NCBI GenBank assembly: GCA_031275145.1 | Contig: JAISPE010000293.1 | Coordinates: 1 to 24,006 of the forward strand | Origin: Prevotellaceae bacterium | Lineage (GTDB): Bacteria; Bacteroidota; Bacteroidia; Bacteroidales; UBA932 | Direction: 5' to 3' | Length of the DNA: 24,006 nt | In this document: positions 1 to 8,878 of the stretch, piece after piece | Layout: each line of letters starts with the position of its first letter | How positions within the stretch are numbered: position 1 is the stretch's first letter | Made by a program: the position numbers and the translations under genes | Notes under the pieces: model-generated | Database searches by the model: none | What the model saw: the letters and a program-made list of their open reading frames with translations, nothing else | Told to the model about the DNA's origin: nothing

Positions 1-98
1 ACGATCATTGACAATTACAGCGTGTCCCTCACAATTCTCACCTCCTGTGGAAATAGGGTAGAGGGAGGGATAAAAAATCAAATTCGACAAACATTTCA

Positions 99-106
99 TA
101 TTTTTG
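99..106 (+). promoter_or_regulatory. Bacteroidota sigma-A -7 promoter element (TAnnTTTG) upstream of nagB
   Basis: TATTTTTG at 99-106, followed by CACCC, 76 bp before the nagB ATG; matches the established Bacteroides -7 consensus TAnnTTTG. Confidence 0.6.
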
Positions 107-182
107 CACCCGGATTTGAAACCAAGTCCGGATATTTATTGTTATTAGGTGTTAATTATTAAAGTGAATAGGAATAAAGTTT

Positions 183-2111
183 ATGAAGATTAAAAGTCAG
201 GACATATCAAAAAGATTTGAGAAAGTTCCGGTGGATGTGTTTCCCGATTCGGAGAGCGCGTCAAAAACAGTAGCGAAAAAAATAGCGGAGACTATCCTAA
301 AAAAACAGTCGGAAGGAAGTCCGTGCGTACTGGGACTGATTGCCGGCTCGACCGCTGTCAGCGTTTATGAAGAGCTTGTGAACATTCATAAGAAAGAGGG
401 ATTGAGTTTCAAGAATGTATTTGTTTTCAACATTGACGAATACTATCCTTTGTCTCCTTCGGAAATCCAGAGTCATTATTTATGTCTGTATGAATATTTG
501 TTTTCAAATGTGGACATTCCGCAGGAAAACATAAACCTGTTGAGAGGCGATATTCCGAAAGACAGGATTGCGGCGTTTTGCAAAGCGTACGAAGACAAGG
601 TAAAAGAGCTGGGAGGTATTGACCTGCAACTGTTAAGTCTTGACGGCAGGGGTCAGATCGGCGCAAACGAGCCCGGATCCGATAAATATTCGGAAACCAG
701 ACTGATTACTCTGGACTATGCAACACGCATGGGTGCGGCAAGTAACTTTTACGGCGAGGAAAATGTGCCGGGATACTGTTTGACCATGGGACTTGGCACA
801 ATAATGAACGCCCGCGAAATCATCCTTATGGCATGGGGCGAAGGAAAAGCCAAAATAATCCGGAAAGTTATCGAAGAAAAAATCACGGAAATGGTACCGG
901 CATCCTACTTGCAGGAACATCCGGCAGTGTCGTTTATTCTTGATGATGCTTCGGCTTCGGAACTGACACGTATAAAAACGCCATGGCTCACAGGCAATGT
1001 TGTATGGAACAGTAAATTAATACGTCGTGCGGTATTCTGGCTATGCAGGAAACTGGACAAGCCAATCCTTAAGGTAACCGACAGAGATTATAACGATAAC
1101 GGTCTTGGCGACCTTATTTCGGAGTGCGGACCTGCAAGTAAAATTAATATCCAGGTGTTTAATGATTTGCAGCATACTATCACCGGCTGGCCCGGAGGAA
1201 AACCCGATGCCGACGACAGTACGCGTCCCGAACGGGCATATCCTTTCCCGAAAAGGGTGGTTATATTCAGTCCTCACCCTGACGACGACGTGATATCAAT
1301 GGGAGGGACTTTTGCCCGTTTATGTACTCAGGGACACGAGGTTCACGTGGCATATCAGACTTCCGGAAATATTGCCGTATTCGACGACGAAGCTGTAAGG
1401 TTTTTGGATTTTGTCCGCGAAACAGGTTCCATATACAATCTTGATACGGAAGTAACCGACAGGGCTTATAATGCTGCAAAAGAATCTATAAGATCGAAAA
1501 AGCCTGGAGAGCCCGATTCTGCCGAAGTGAAAATGATTAAGGCGGCTATCAGACGTACCGAAGCGCGTGCCGGAGCATTGTATGTCGGCGCTCCGGAAGA
1601 AAATATCCATTTTCTCGACCTGCCGTTCTACGAAACGGGTACGGTGAAAAAGAAACCTGTCGGCGAAGATGATATTAAAATAATAATGGATTTGTTACAG
1701 AAAATCCAGCCTCACCAGGTATACGCCGCAGGTGATTTGACCGACCCGCACGGTACACACAGAGTATGTTTTCAGGCAATAGTGGAAGCGCTCAAACGTC
1801 TGCAAAAAGAAAAATGGATGAAAGACTGCCGTATATGGCTCTATCGCGGCGCATGGCAGGAATGGGATGTCGCCGAACAGGAAATGGCTGTGCCTTTAAG
1901 CCCGGAAGAAACATATATCAAACGGATGGCTATTTTCAAACATCAGTCACAAAAAGACCGTCCTTTGTTCCCGGGTACCGATGCAAGAGAATTCTGGATG
2001 CGGGCAGAAGACAGAAACCATGCTACAGCAGTAACCTTCGACAAGCTGGGAATGGCAGAATATCAGGCCGTTGAACTGTTTGTAGAATATAAATTAAATG
2101 CACAGAATTAA
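183..2111 (+). CDS. nagB: Long-form glucosamine-6-phosphate deaminase-like protein: N-terminal NagB domain plus C-terminal PIG-L/LmbE-type deacetylase domain
   Basis: 642 aa. NagB-like motifs NIDEYY, GGIDLQLL, NEPGS and TMGLGTIMNAREIILMAWGEGKA. C-terminal SPHPDDDVISMGGT and DPHGTH are PIG-L/LmbE metal-binding motifs. Confidence 0.88.
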   Translation: MKIKSQDISKRFEKVPVDVFPDSESASKTVAKKIAETILKKQSEGSPCVLGLIAGSTAVSVYEELVNIHKKEGLSFKNVFVFNIDEYYPLSPSEIQSHYLCLYEYLFSNVDIPQENINLLRGDIPKDRIAAFCKAYEDKVKELGGIDLQLLSLDGRGQIGANEPGSDKYSETRLITLDYATRMGAASNFYGEENVPGYCLTMGLGTIMNAREIILMAWGEGKAKIIRKVIEEKITEMVPASYLQEHPAVSFILDDASASELTRIKTPWLTGNVVWNSKLIRRAVFWLCRKLDKPILKVTDRDYNDNGLGDLISECGPASKINIQVFNDLQHTITGWPGGKPDADDSTRPERAYPFPKRVVIFSPHPDDDVISMGGTFARLCTQGHEVHVAYQTSGNIAVFDDEAVRFLDFVRETGSIYNLDTEVTDRAYNAAKESIRSKKPGEPDSAEVKMIKAAIRRTEARAGALYVGAPEENIHFLDLPFYETGTVKKKPVGEDDIKIIMDLLQKIQPHQVYAAGDLTDPHGTHRVCFQAIVEALKRLQKEKWMKDCRIWLYRGAWQEWDVAEQEMAVPLSPEETYIKRMAIFKHQSQKDRPLFPGTDAREFWMRAEDRNHATAVTFDKLGMAEYQAVELFVEYKLNAQN

Positions 2112-2147
2112 AGCGAACCCGTAACACGATTCATTCAGATGCTTAAT

Positions 2148-2501
2148 GGTGAAATCGAACTTGATAGAATTGAAACTCGGGGGTATTTTTTTCCGGAAAA
2201 TTTCCCGTTTTTGTTGAAATCGAACTTGATAGAATTGAAACGAAGAAAAGATGGTAGACAAAAGTAGACAAAAATAGAGTTGAAATCGAACTTGATAGAA
2301 TTGAAACATCAAAGGACATTTCAAACAAAGCGTCCTGATTCTTGTTGAAATCGAACTTGATAGAATTGAAACTTGCACCGCCAAACTCCCATGAGAGCGG
2401 GTTAATGGTTGAAATCGAACTTGATAGAATTGAAACGCTGAACTTTTGATTTTATTTGCATAAGCATCATAAGTTGAAATCGAACTTAATAGAATTAAAA
2501 G
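2148..2501 (+). CRISPR. CRISPR array: 6 repeats of 29 bp (GTTGAAATCGAACTTGATAGAATTGAAAC) and 5 spacers of 35-37 bp; no cas genes in the window
   Basis: Repeats at 2148-2176 (1 mismatch, GGTG start), 2213-2241, 2279-2307, 2344-2372, 2408-2436 and 2473-2501 (3 mismatches, degenerate terminal copy). Spacers are unique: 36, 37, 36, 35 and 36 bp. The 3' ATTGAAAC end is typical of type I-B/III-associated repeats and, together with the degenerate last copy, suggests + strand orientation. Confidence 0.97.
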
Positions 2502-2573
2502 AAAAACGATACATGATGTATCTGCGCAATTTGTGGATAAATAACTCATCTCTCATAACTCATAAAATTGCCT

Positions 2574-2581
2574 TATCTTTG
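2574..2581 (+). promoter_or_regulatory. -7 promoter element (TATCTTTG) for the MFS transporter gene
   Basis: Exact TAnnTTTG match followed by CG, ending 8 bp before the ATG at 2590. Confidence 0.55.
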
Positions 2582-2589
2582 CGCCGGTA

Positions 2590-3795
2590 ATGAAACAGAA
2601 AACAGTTGCGCCTTCGATAGGCATATTGCTTACGTTAAGCATATTACATGGATTAAACGATGCGTTACAGTCTGCCGTAACAGCATCGTATCCTTTATTG
2701 AAAAACGATTTGATGCTCAGTTTCAGTCAAGTCGGTTTAATCACATTAACATATCAGATTTCGGCTTCCGTATTTCAGCCGATAATCGGTTTTTTCTACG
2801 ACAGACATCCGTATGTCTGGTCGTTACCTGTAGGCTCATGCTTTACTATGGTCGGATTCATATCATTAGCTTTTGCCACAACTCTTTTTTGGGCAATGTG
2901 TTCGGTTTTCATGGTTGGAATCGGTTCATCCACACTGCATCCCGAAGCGTCGCGTCTGACATCCATTGCATCGGGAGGAAAACGCGGTATGGCACAGTCC
3001 CTTTTTCAGGTTGGAGGAAATCTCGGAGGAGCTATCGGTCCGTTATTAGTCGCTTTTTGGGCTGCGCCTTACGGTCGTCAATATATTTCTTTCTTCTCCA
3101 TCCTGCCGTTTATCGCCATTATCGTTGCCATACCTGTATGTCGCTGGTATAAAAACAGATTACAGCTTTTTAAACAGGAAAATACTGCGATGAAAGTAAG
3201 GACGGAATCACCTTTGCCAATGAAAACGGTAATTTTTTCCATTGGTATCCTGCTGCTGTTAATTTTTTCCAAATACGTTTACATATCAAGTTTATCAAGT
3301 TATTACACATTTTATTTAATAGAAAAATTCGGCGTCGATATACAGGAATCGCAAATCTATCTGTTTGTTTTTCTCGGAGCCACAGCAATAGGGACTTTAG
3401 CCGGCGGACCTGTCGGCGACAAAATCGGACGGAAGTATGTGATTTGGGTGTCCATACTTGGAGCAGCGCCTTTTACCCTGCTTATGCCTCATGTCAATCT
3501 GTTCTGGACTGTGGTCATGAGTTTTTTCATTGGATTGATTATTTCATCCGCGTTTCCTGCTATCCTGCTTTATGCCCAAGAGCTGTTGCCTTATAAACTC
3601 GGACTTGTATCGGGATTATTTTTCGGCTTTGCTTTCGGAATCGCCGGAATTGCTTCTGCCATACTTGGAAAAACGGCAGACCTGTACGGTCTCGAAACTA
3701 TCTATCGTGTATGTGCATATATGCCTTTACTCGGGATAATTACATGCTTCCTTCCCGACTTGAAAAAAATAAAATCAAAAGATCGGGATCACTGA
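2590..3795 (+). CDS. fsr: MFS transporter, fosmidomycin resistance protein (Fsr) family
   Basis: 401 aa with about 12 hydrophobic segments. Motifs HGLNDALQS, QPIIGFFYDR, HPEASR, RGMAQSLFQVGGNLGGAIGP and GGPVGDKIGRK are typical of the Fsr family. Confidence 0.8.
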   Translation: MKQKTVAPSIGILLTLSILHGLNDALQSAVTASYPLLKNDLMLSFSQVGLITLTYQISASVFQPIIGFFYDRHPYVWSLPVGSCFTMVGFISLAFATTLFWAMCSVFMVGIGSSTLHPEASRLTSIASGGKRGMAQSLFQVGGNLGGAIGPLLVAFWAAPYGRQYISFFSILPFIAIIVAIPVCRWYKNRLQLFKQENTAMKVRTESPLPMKTVIFSIGILLLLIFSKYVYISSLSSYYTFYLIEKFGVDIQESQIYLFVFLGATAIGTLAGGPVGDKIGRKYVIWVSILGAAPFTLLMPHVNLFWTVVMSFFIGLIISSAFPAILLYAQELLPYKLGLVSGLFFGFAFGIAGIASAILGKTADLYGLETIYRVCAYMPLLGIITCFLPDLKKIKSKDRDH

Positions 3796-3881
3796 ATTTT
3801 CTACAAACATGTCTGTTCATTTAAAAATTCAGGCAGAAGCATGCCGTTCTCAACTTCTAACGCAGTGTTTTTTCTTTACGC

Positions 3882-5129
3882 TTACTTCTTTGCAGTCAGT
3901 TTTATAATATTTATCATCACTTCGCAGGCTTTTTCCATTGATTCGACCGGTATGAACTCGTATTTTCCATGGAAATTATGACCGCCGGCAAAGATATTCG
4001 GACATGGCAATCCCATGTATGATAGACGGGCGCCGTCAGTACCGCCTCTGATGGGTTTAATTAGAGGCATTACGCCAGCCTCTTCCATAGCCTTGCGGGC
4101 GGTTTCGACGATGTGGAAATGAGGCTCTATCTTTTCGCGCATGTTGTAATACTGGTCACACATAACGAAATAGAAGACGTCGTCGCCGTATTTTTGAACA
4201 AGCAGCTCGACGCAGCTTTTCAGATAAGACTTTTTCCGTTCAAGTCCGTTACGGTCGTGGTCTCTTATAATGTATTGCAGTTCCGCATTTTCTACCGTTC
4301 CTTCGATTTTTACGAGAAGATAGAAACCCTCGTAATCCGAAGTATGTTCCGGGCGTTGATTCGGCGGCAGCAGAGCGTTCAGTTCCATTGCGATGATAAT
4401 AGCGTTCAGCATTCTGTTTTTGGCATAACCAGGATGGATATTTTTACCCTGTATCCTTATTTGCGCCGAAGCAGCGTTAAAATTCTCGTACTCAAGTTCG
4501 CCGATTGGCCCTCCGTCGAAAGTGTAGGCATAGTCCGCTCCGAATTTTGCCACGTCGAATTTTACCACTCCGCGACCGATTTCTTCGTCGGGAGTAAAAC
4601 CGATTTTCAGCGTTCCATGTTTAAAATCGGGGTGAGTTTGAAGATATTGCACGACCCACATTATTTCAGCAACGCCGGCTTTATCATCAGCGCCGAGGAG
4701 AGTTGTCCCGTCGGTGGTTATGAGCGTCTGACCTTTGTAGTCTTTCATTTCGGGAAAATCGGCAACGCTCAGATGTACGTTCTTCTCTTTGTTCAGGACA
4801 ATGTCGCCGCCGTCGTAGTCTTTTATAATCTGAGGATTGACATTTGCCCCCGGCATGTCGGGCGAAGTATCCACATGAGCCAGAAAACCGACTACCGGCG
4901 TCGCATGCTCGATGTTCGAGGGAACAGTCGCCATGACATAGCCGTATTTGTCAATGCGGGCATCGGAAATGCCGAGCGCTCTCAGTTCGTCAACAAGCAG
5001 ATTCAGGAGAATCAACTGTTTTGCAGTGCTTGGTTGCGAGACGCTTTCGTCGTCCGACTGAGTATCGTAAGAGACATAGCGTAGAAATTTGTCTGTAACC
5101 GATTCCATATTCATTGTATTTTTTTTCAT
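3882..5129 (-). CDS. pepT: Peptidase T (M20B tripeptide aminopeptidase)
   Basis: Metal-ligand motifs AHVDTSP, LGADDKAG, FTPDEEIGRG, IRGGTDG and GGHNFHG. The true start may be a downstream Met (MNMESV). Confidence 0.95.
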   Translation of the reverse strand: MKKNTMNMESVTDKFLRYVSYDTQSDDESVSQPSTAKQLILLNLLVDELRALGISDARIDKYGYVMATVPSNIEHATPVVGFLAHVDTSPDMPGANVNPQIIKDYDGGDIVLNKEKNVHLSVADFPEMKDYKGQTLITTDGTTLLGADDKAGVAEIMWVVQYLQTHPDFKHGTLKIGFTPDEEIGRGVVKFDVAKFGADYAYTFDGGPIGELEYENFNAASAQIRIQGKNIHPGYAKNRMLNAIIIAMELNALLPPNQRPEHTSDYEGFYLLVKIEGTVENAELQYIIRDHDRNGLERKKSYLKSCVELLVQKYGDDVFYFVMCDQYYNMREKIEPHFHIVETARKAMEEAGVMPLIKPIRGGTDGARLSYMGLPCPNIFAGGHNFHGKYEFIPVESMEKACEVMINIIKLTAKK

Positions 5130-5168
5130 TGTATTTACTTTTAAGTACAGTTTGCCTGCCTGAGGGTG

Positions 5169-5837
5169 TTAAACCTGTCGAACTGTAACATTGTGAGAGA
5201 AATCAAACATTAAATGATAGATTGTTTTCGTGTTTTTTCCGACTTTATGACAGGAACAGTACGAGTACTCAAAGTTGGATTTTATTTGTTTTTTCGTGAG
5301 CGTTTTTTCAGTATTTATTTGCGTAAAAGTGTTTTGCAAAAGCTGATTGATAAAATCAACATTTTTGTGAATATCAATCATGGAAACAACAAAACCAATC
5401 ATTCCGGCAGTATTGTTGTAAAACGGATATTTCATTTCGTTCGTAAAACGGGCAATACCGTTTAAAACATATTCGCTGTTAAGTTTGGTTTCCCCGTTTA
5501 ACCGCTTACATTCAATAACATAAAAAGCATTTGTATCTGAAAATGTAGTTTCCTGTGAAATTATTTTAATATCAAATCTGCCTTTATCATTTTTCGTTGG
5601 AGCTTCCGGTTGAAAATAATAGTTTTTTAATCCAATTTTATTTCTTACATTATTTTCATTCAAATAGTTATTTGTCAATTCATTTCTGATTTTATTTTCA
5701 TCATTGGGCAAGATAATGCCGTCATCAATCATCAGATAATAACAGGCTATTATTTTCTCTGCAATAATCTCAAATTCTGCATTAAAATATGTAATTCGAT
5801 ACACAAAGACAGAAGCATCCGGCTGTTCTATATTCAT
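5169..5837 (-). CDS. Hypothetical protein with a PD-(D/E)XK-like nuclease signature
   Basis: 222 aa; motif PE...GRFDIKI...YVIECKRL fits an E...D...ExK arrangement. The start overlaps the methyltransferase stop by 4 bp. Confidence 0.6.
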   Translation of the reverse strand: MNIEQPDASVFVYRITYFNAEFEIIAEKIIACYYLMIDDGIILPNDENKIRNELTNNYLNENNVRNKIGLKNYYFQPEAPTKNDKGRFDIKIISQETTFSDTNAFYVIECKRLNGETKLNSEYVLNGIARFTNEMKYPFYNNTAGMIGFVVSMIDIHKNVDFINQLLQNTFTQINTEKTLTKKQIKSNFEYSYCSCHKVGKNTKTIYHLMFDFSHNVTVRQV

Positions 5838-8800
5838 TTATTGTCCCTCCCCGCTTTAAGTATGGCTTCGGCAAATCCGTTAATATCCAAATATCCAACC
5901 GCCCTATGCCATAAACGTTTTTCATTGGGTTTGAAAACATAAAAATACTCCTTTTCAAACCCCCTTATATCTTTTTGAATAAAAAGCTGATCGGTAATTT
6001 TTGTTGCACCCAGCTGTATGATTGTCCGGAACAAGCCGCTTACGTCTGCTTGCCTGTTTATCCAAATAATATCATCCCTGTATTCCTGTGCCGAAATAAC
6101 TTTAAAGAACATTCCGACAATTTGTTGCGTATACAAAATTTCAACAGTAAATTTTTTTTCTATTTTTTCAAAGTTTGGAGCGAAACGTTTGATAAACAAA
6201 TTAGCATAATCGTTTAATGCCGGGTCATTTAATTTGAGCGGCGACAAAAGTTTCATGTAATTTTCGTGTTGCATCTGTACAGGAATAAGAACATTATTTG
6301 CATAATCAATCAAACATTTCTCTTCCTCTGTAATGGAAAAAGCATTATAAACAGAATTGTCCAGTTCAATATATTTCTCATTTATTGTCTGTTGAATAAT
6401 ATTGGGGTTTTCTACTGCTGTATTGTTATACATTTGAATCGACAGTTTTTCAATATCTTCTACTATTTCGGACAAATCACTGATTGTGGAAAACGGAATA
6501 CTGAATTTTTCTTCATCGTGAGACTGTTCTCTTTCTATACCCGAAGAACTGAATGTCAGCAAACTGTAATAAGAAGACAGGGAAGAATTAAATATCCCGG
6601 ACAATTCTCTCAGTAATGTTATGTTATTTGATTTTATCCCCGTTAAAGAATTTCTGTATACAGCATCTTTATAATTAACAGCAGACACTGATTTTAAATC
6701 TTTTCTGACTCCTTTTGTGATTAACAGTACAGGCGCTTTGTATAACTCCCTGTTTCGGGGTCTGTGTACCTGTTCTATTTCCCATTGTTTATCATTATTT
6801 GGATTTATCCAAAACTGTTTAATATCCGTATGCGTATCCAAATACGGTTTTCCCGACAAATATGACACGTCATGTTTGTCGCCGTCTTTGTATCCAACAG
6901 ATATTCCCTGTCCGCTGATTATATTTTCGTCTTGACTGATAATCTTTTGTATGGCAGGATAATGTTCTTTCAATCGTTTTATAAAATTAAAATCCTGATA
7001 CGAGCCGTAAACAAGTAATTTCCACAACCAGTCATATTTTTTCAGTCTGTTTTGCTGTACGGTCTTGATGTCATGACGATAAATGGAAAATATCTTGAAC
7101 ATTGAAAAAAAACGGCTCGGTTTCAATGTAATATGCTCAATGAGATTGGTGTCTGTGTTTTTTTCATTTGCATGGCTGAAAAACAGTATGCATGCAGGCG
7201 CTATGGCTTTGTCGTTTGATTTGTCGAAAACTTCCCGCCTGACGGGGGCTAATTCAAAAACTCTTTCAATCAAATAATTCTGTAAAAAATATTGCCTGAA
7301 ATCTTTACTTTGCAAATTATACAGCGTTTTGCTTGTAACAATCAAAGCACATTTTGTATTTTCTGCACAGAAATCGCTGCTGCGCAACAAAAACGCCTGT
7401 GCAATTTCTTTGTTGCCGATAAGGTTCGCGGTTCGAAAAATTTTTTCATTCTTTTTCCGGTCTTCTATATATTTAATGTACGCAGGTTTTTCTTTTTCGT
7501 TCTTTCCGCGAAACCAGGGAGGATTACCGACAATGTAATCGAATTTGATCCAGTCAAATACGGCATTAAATTTTGCCTTTCCATCAAAGAAATCGGAGCA
7601 GAAGAAATTTGTATCGTGTAATTTGGGAAACTTGAAATCAGCAATTTCCGGCGGATTCATATAATCAAGCAGGGTAATATAAATTGAAAAGACAGATACT
7701 TGCACTGCGCTTTCATCCTTGTCGATTCCATAGATATTGTTTTGTACAATATTTTTTATTCCGTTTTTGAACTGTTCACTGTCGTCGGGGGCGTTTTCCT
7801 TATATTTTTCAATCATTTTTCGCAGTGTTTCCACGAGAAAAACACCCGACCCGCAGGCAGGGTCTAATATTTTGCAGTTATATGTTTGATTATCCGATAT
7901 AAATTTCTCTACTGTTTCCGACAGTATATAGTCTACCAAAAACAGAGGCGTATAGTAAGCGCCCTGCTTTGCCTGATTTCTACTGCCAATAAAGTACTCA
8001 TATACGTTGCTGATAAATTCAACGGGAATAATCGAAAAATCGTACAGATCAAACAGAGACTGTTGCCCGGTGGCAATTTCCTGACTTTTCAGCAATTTTA
8101 TTAAAACAGAATATGCTTCTTGCGGTATTTCTTTATATTCAGTATCTTCCAAACAAAATAAATCGCCGTTGAAACCGACTTCTTTGTCTGCCAATGTATT
8201 GAAAAACTGTTTGGCTCGGTCGGGCTGTTGAAGGATAGTACACAATTCCCCGTTTGTCCGTTCTTTCGATTCGCCTTCAAAATATATTTTGACTTTTCTA
8301 TCAATCAAATAGCGAACAAAAATAACCTTGCCCAACAAAGCATTCGTGATTTTTACATATTGCCTTTTTCTTTCGTCACTCTTGTCTTTTACCGATGAAA
8401 ATTGTTTGATAATCTGTTCTCTTGCTGCGCCGATATTGTCTAATAATTTGAAATCAATTCTGTTTTCGTAACTTAATTCTTTTTCATAAATATCCCAGGT
8501 TTTACCTGTAACTAACTGAAAATACGAAAAATCAGTTAATTTATCATCGCCGCCTAATTTTTCCAGTGTATTTTCGTTTGCAAGTAAATTGAAACCGTTA
8601 AAAATTTCAACATTGCCATTGTTTACGGCGATAATTATCGGTACTTCATTGAGATTCCATATTTTTTTGTGCAAATCGCTGTCTGTCCGGTTTTCAAAAA
8701 ACAAAATCAACGGTTTATCATCAAAACAGAAAAAAGCATCGGGATTGATTTGCTTCAAACACCGTTTTACACGACTTGACAAGTGCAAATCTATATTCCG

Positions 8801-8878
8801 GTTCGCACTTTTGGCATAATATAACCCGTTTGCTGCGTCAATACCCAATGTTTGAAATATATCACCTAATTGATTCAT
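5834..8878 (-). CDS. Large N6-adenine DNA methyltransferase (gamma class; type IIG/Eco57I-like architecture with a C-terminal target-recognition region)
   Basis: 1014 aa. GAYYTP (motif X), ILDPACGSGVFL (motif I), IYGIDKD (motif II) and IVGNPPW (motif IV) occur in gamma order, followed by about 500 aa of C-terminal region. Confidence 0.88.
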   Translation of the reverse strand: MNQLGDIFQTLGIDAANGLYYAKSANRNIDLHLSSRVKRCLKQINPDAFFCFDDKPLILFFENRTDSDLHKKIWNLNEVPIIIAVNNGNVEIFNGFNLLANENTLEKLGGDDKLTDFSYFQLVTGKTWDIYEKELSYENRIDFKLLDNIGAAREQIIKQFSSVKDKSDERKRQYVKITNALLGKVIFVRYLIDRKVKIYFEGESKERTNGELCTILQQPDRAKQFFNTLADKEVGFNGDLFCLEDTEYKEIPQEAYSVLIKLLKSQEIATGQQSLFDLYDFSIIPVEFISNVYEYFIGSRNQAKQGAYYTPLFLVDYILSETVEKFISDNQTYNCKILDPACGSGVFLVETLRKMIEKYKENAPDDSEQFKNGIKNIVQNNIYGIDKDESAVQVSVFSIYITLLDYMNPPEIADFKFPKLHDTNFFCSDFFDGKAKFNAVFDWIKFDYIVGNPPWFRGKNEKEKPAYIKYIEDRKKNEKIFRTANLIGNKEIAQAFLLRSSDFCAENTKCALIVTSKTLYNLQSKDFRQYFLQNYLIERVFELAPVRREVFDKSNDKAIAPACILFFSHANEKNTDTNLIEHITLKPSRFFSMFKIFSIYRHDIKTVQQNRLKKYDWLWKLLVYGSYQDFNFIKRLKEHYPAIQKIISQDENIISGQGISVGYKDGDKHDVSYLSGKPYLDTHTDIKQFWINPNNDKQWEIEQVHRPRNRELYKAPVLLITKGVRKDLKSVSAVNYKDAVYRNSLTGIKSNNITLLRELSGIFNSSLSSYYSLLTFSSSGIEREQSHDEEKFSIPFSTISDLSEIVEDIEKLSIQMYNNTAVENPNIIQQTINEKYIELDNSVYNAFSITEEEKCLIDYANNVLIPVQMQHENYMKLLSPLKLNDPALNDYANLFIKRFAPNFEKIEKKFTVEILYTQQIVGMFFKVISAQEYRDDIIWINRQADVSGLFRTIIQLGATKITDQLFIQKDIRGFEKEYFYVFKPNEKRLWHRAVGYLDINGFAEAILKAGRDNK

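Noticed and set aside
25-70. Purine/pyrimidine-skewed imperfect hairpin (CCCTC...GAGGG) at the window start
   Set aside because: Short imperfect stem with context cut by the window edge; no function can be assigned.
2143-2148. TTAATG shared by the pre-array segment and the end of spacer 4
   Set aside because: Only 6 bp in AT-rich DNA, so it is not enough to infer a duplication.
2177-2472. Self-targeting of the spacers within this window
   Set aside because: By eye, the best hits are about 10-bp matches (e.g. CAAAGGACAT of spacer 3 to the minus strand of the 60-bp repeat), which is chance level. A full alignment was not run.
2094-2549. 151-aa and 61-aa minus-strand ORFs over the CRISPR array
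   Set aside because: They are translations of the repeats (FQFYQVRF; VSILSSSIST).
4113-5084. 323-aa plus-strand ORF
   Set aside because: Antisense shadow of pepT with no recognisable motifs.
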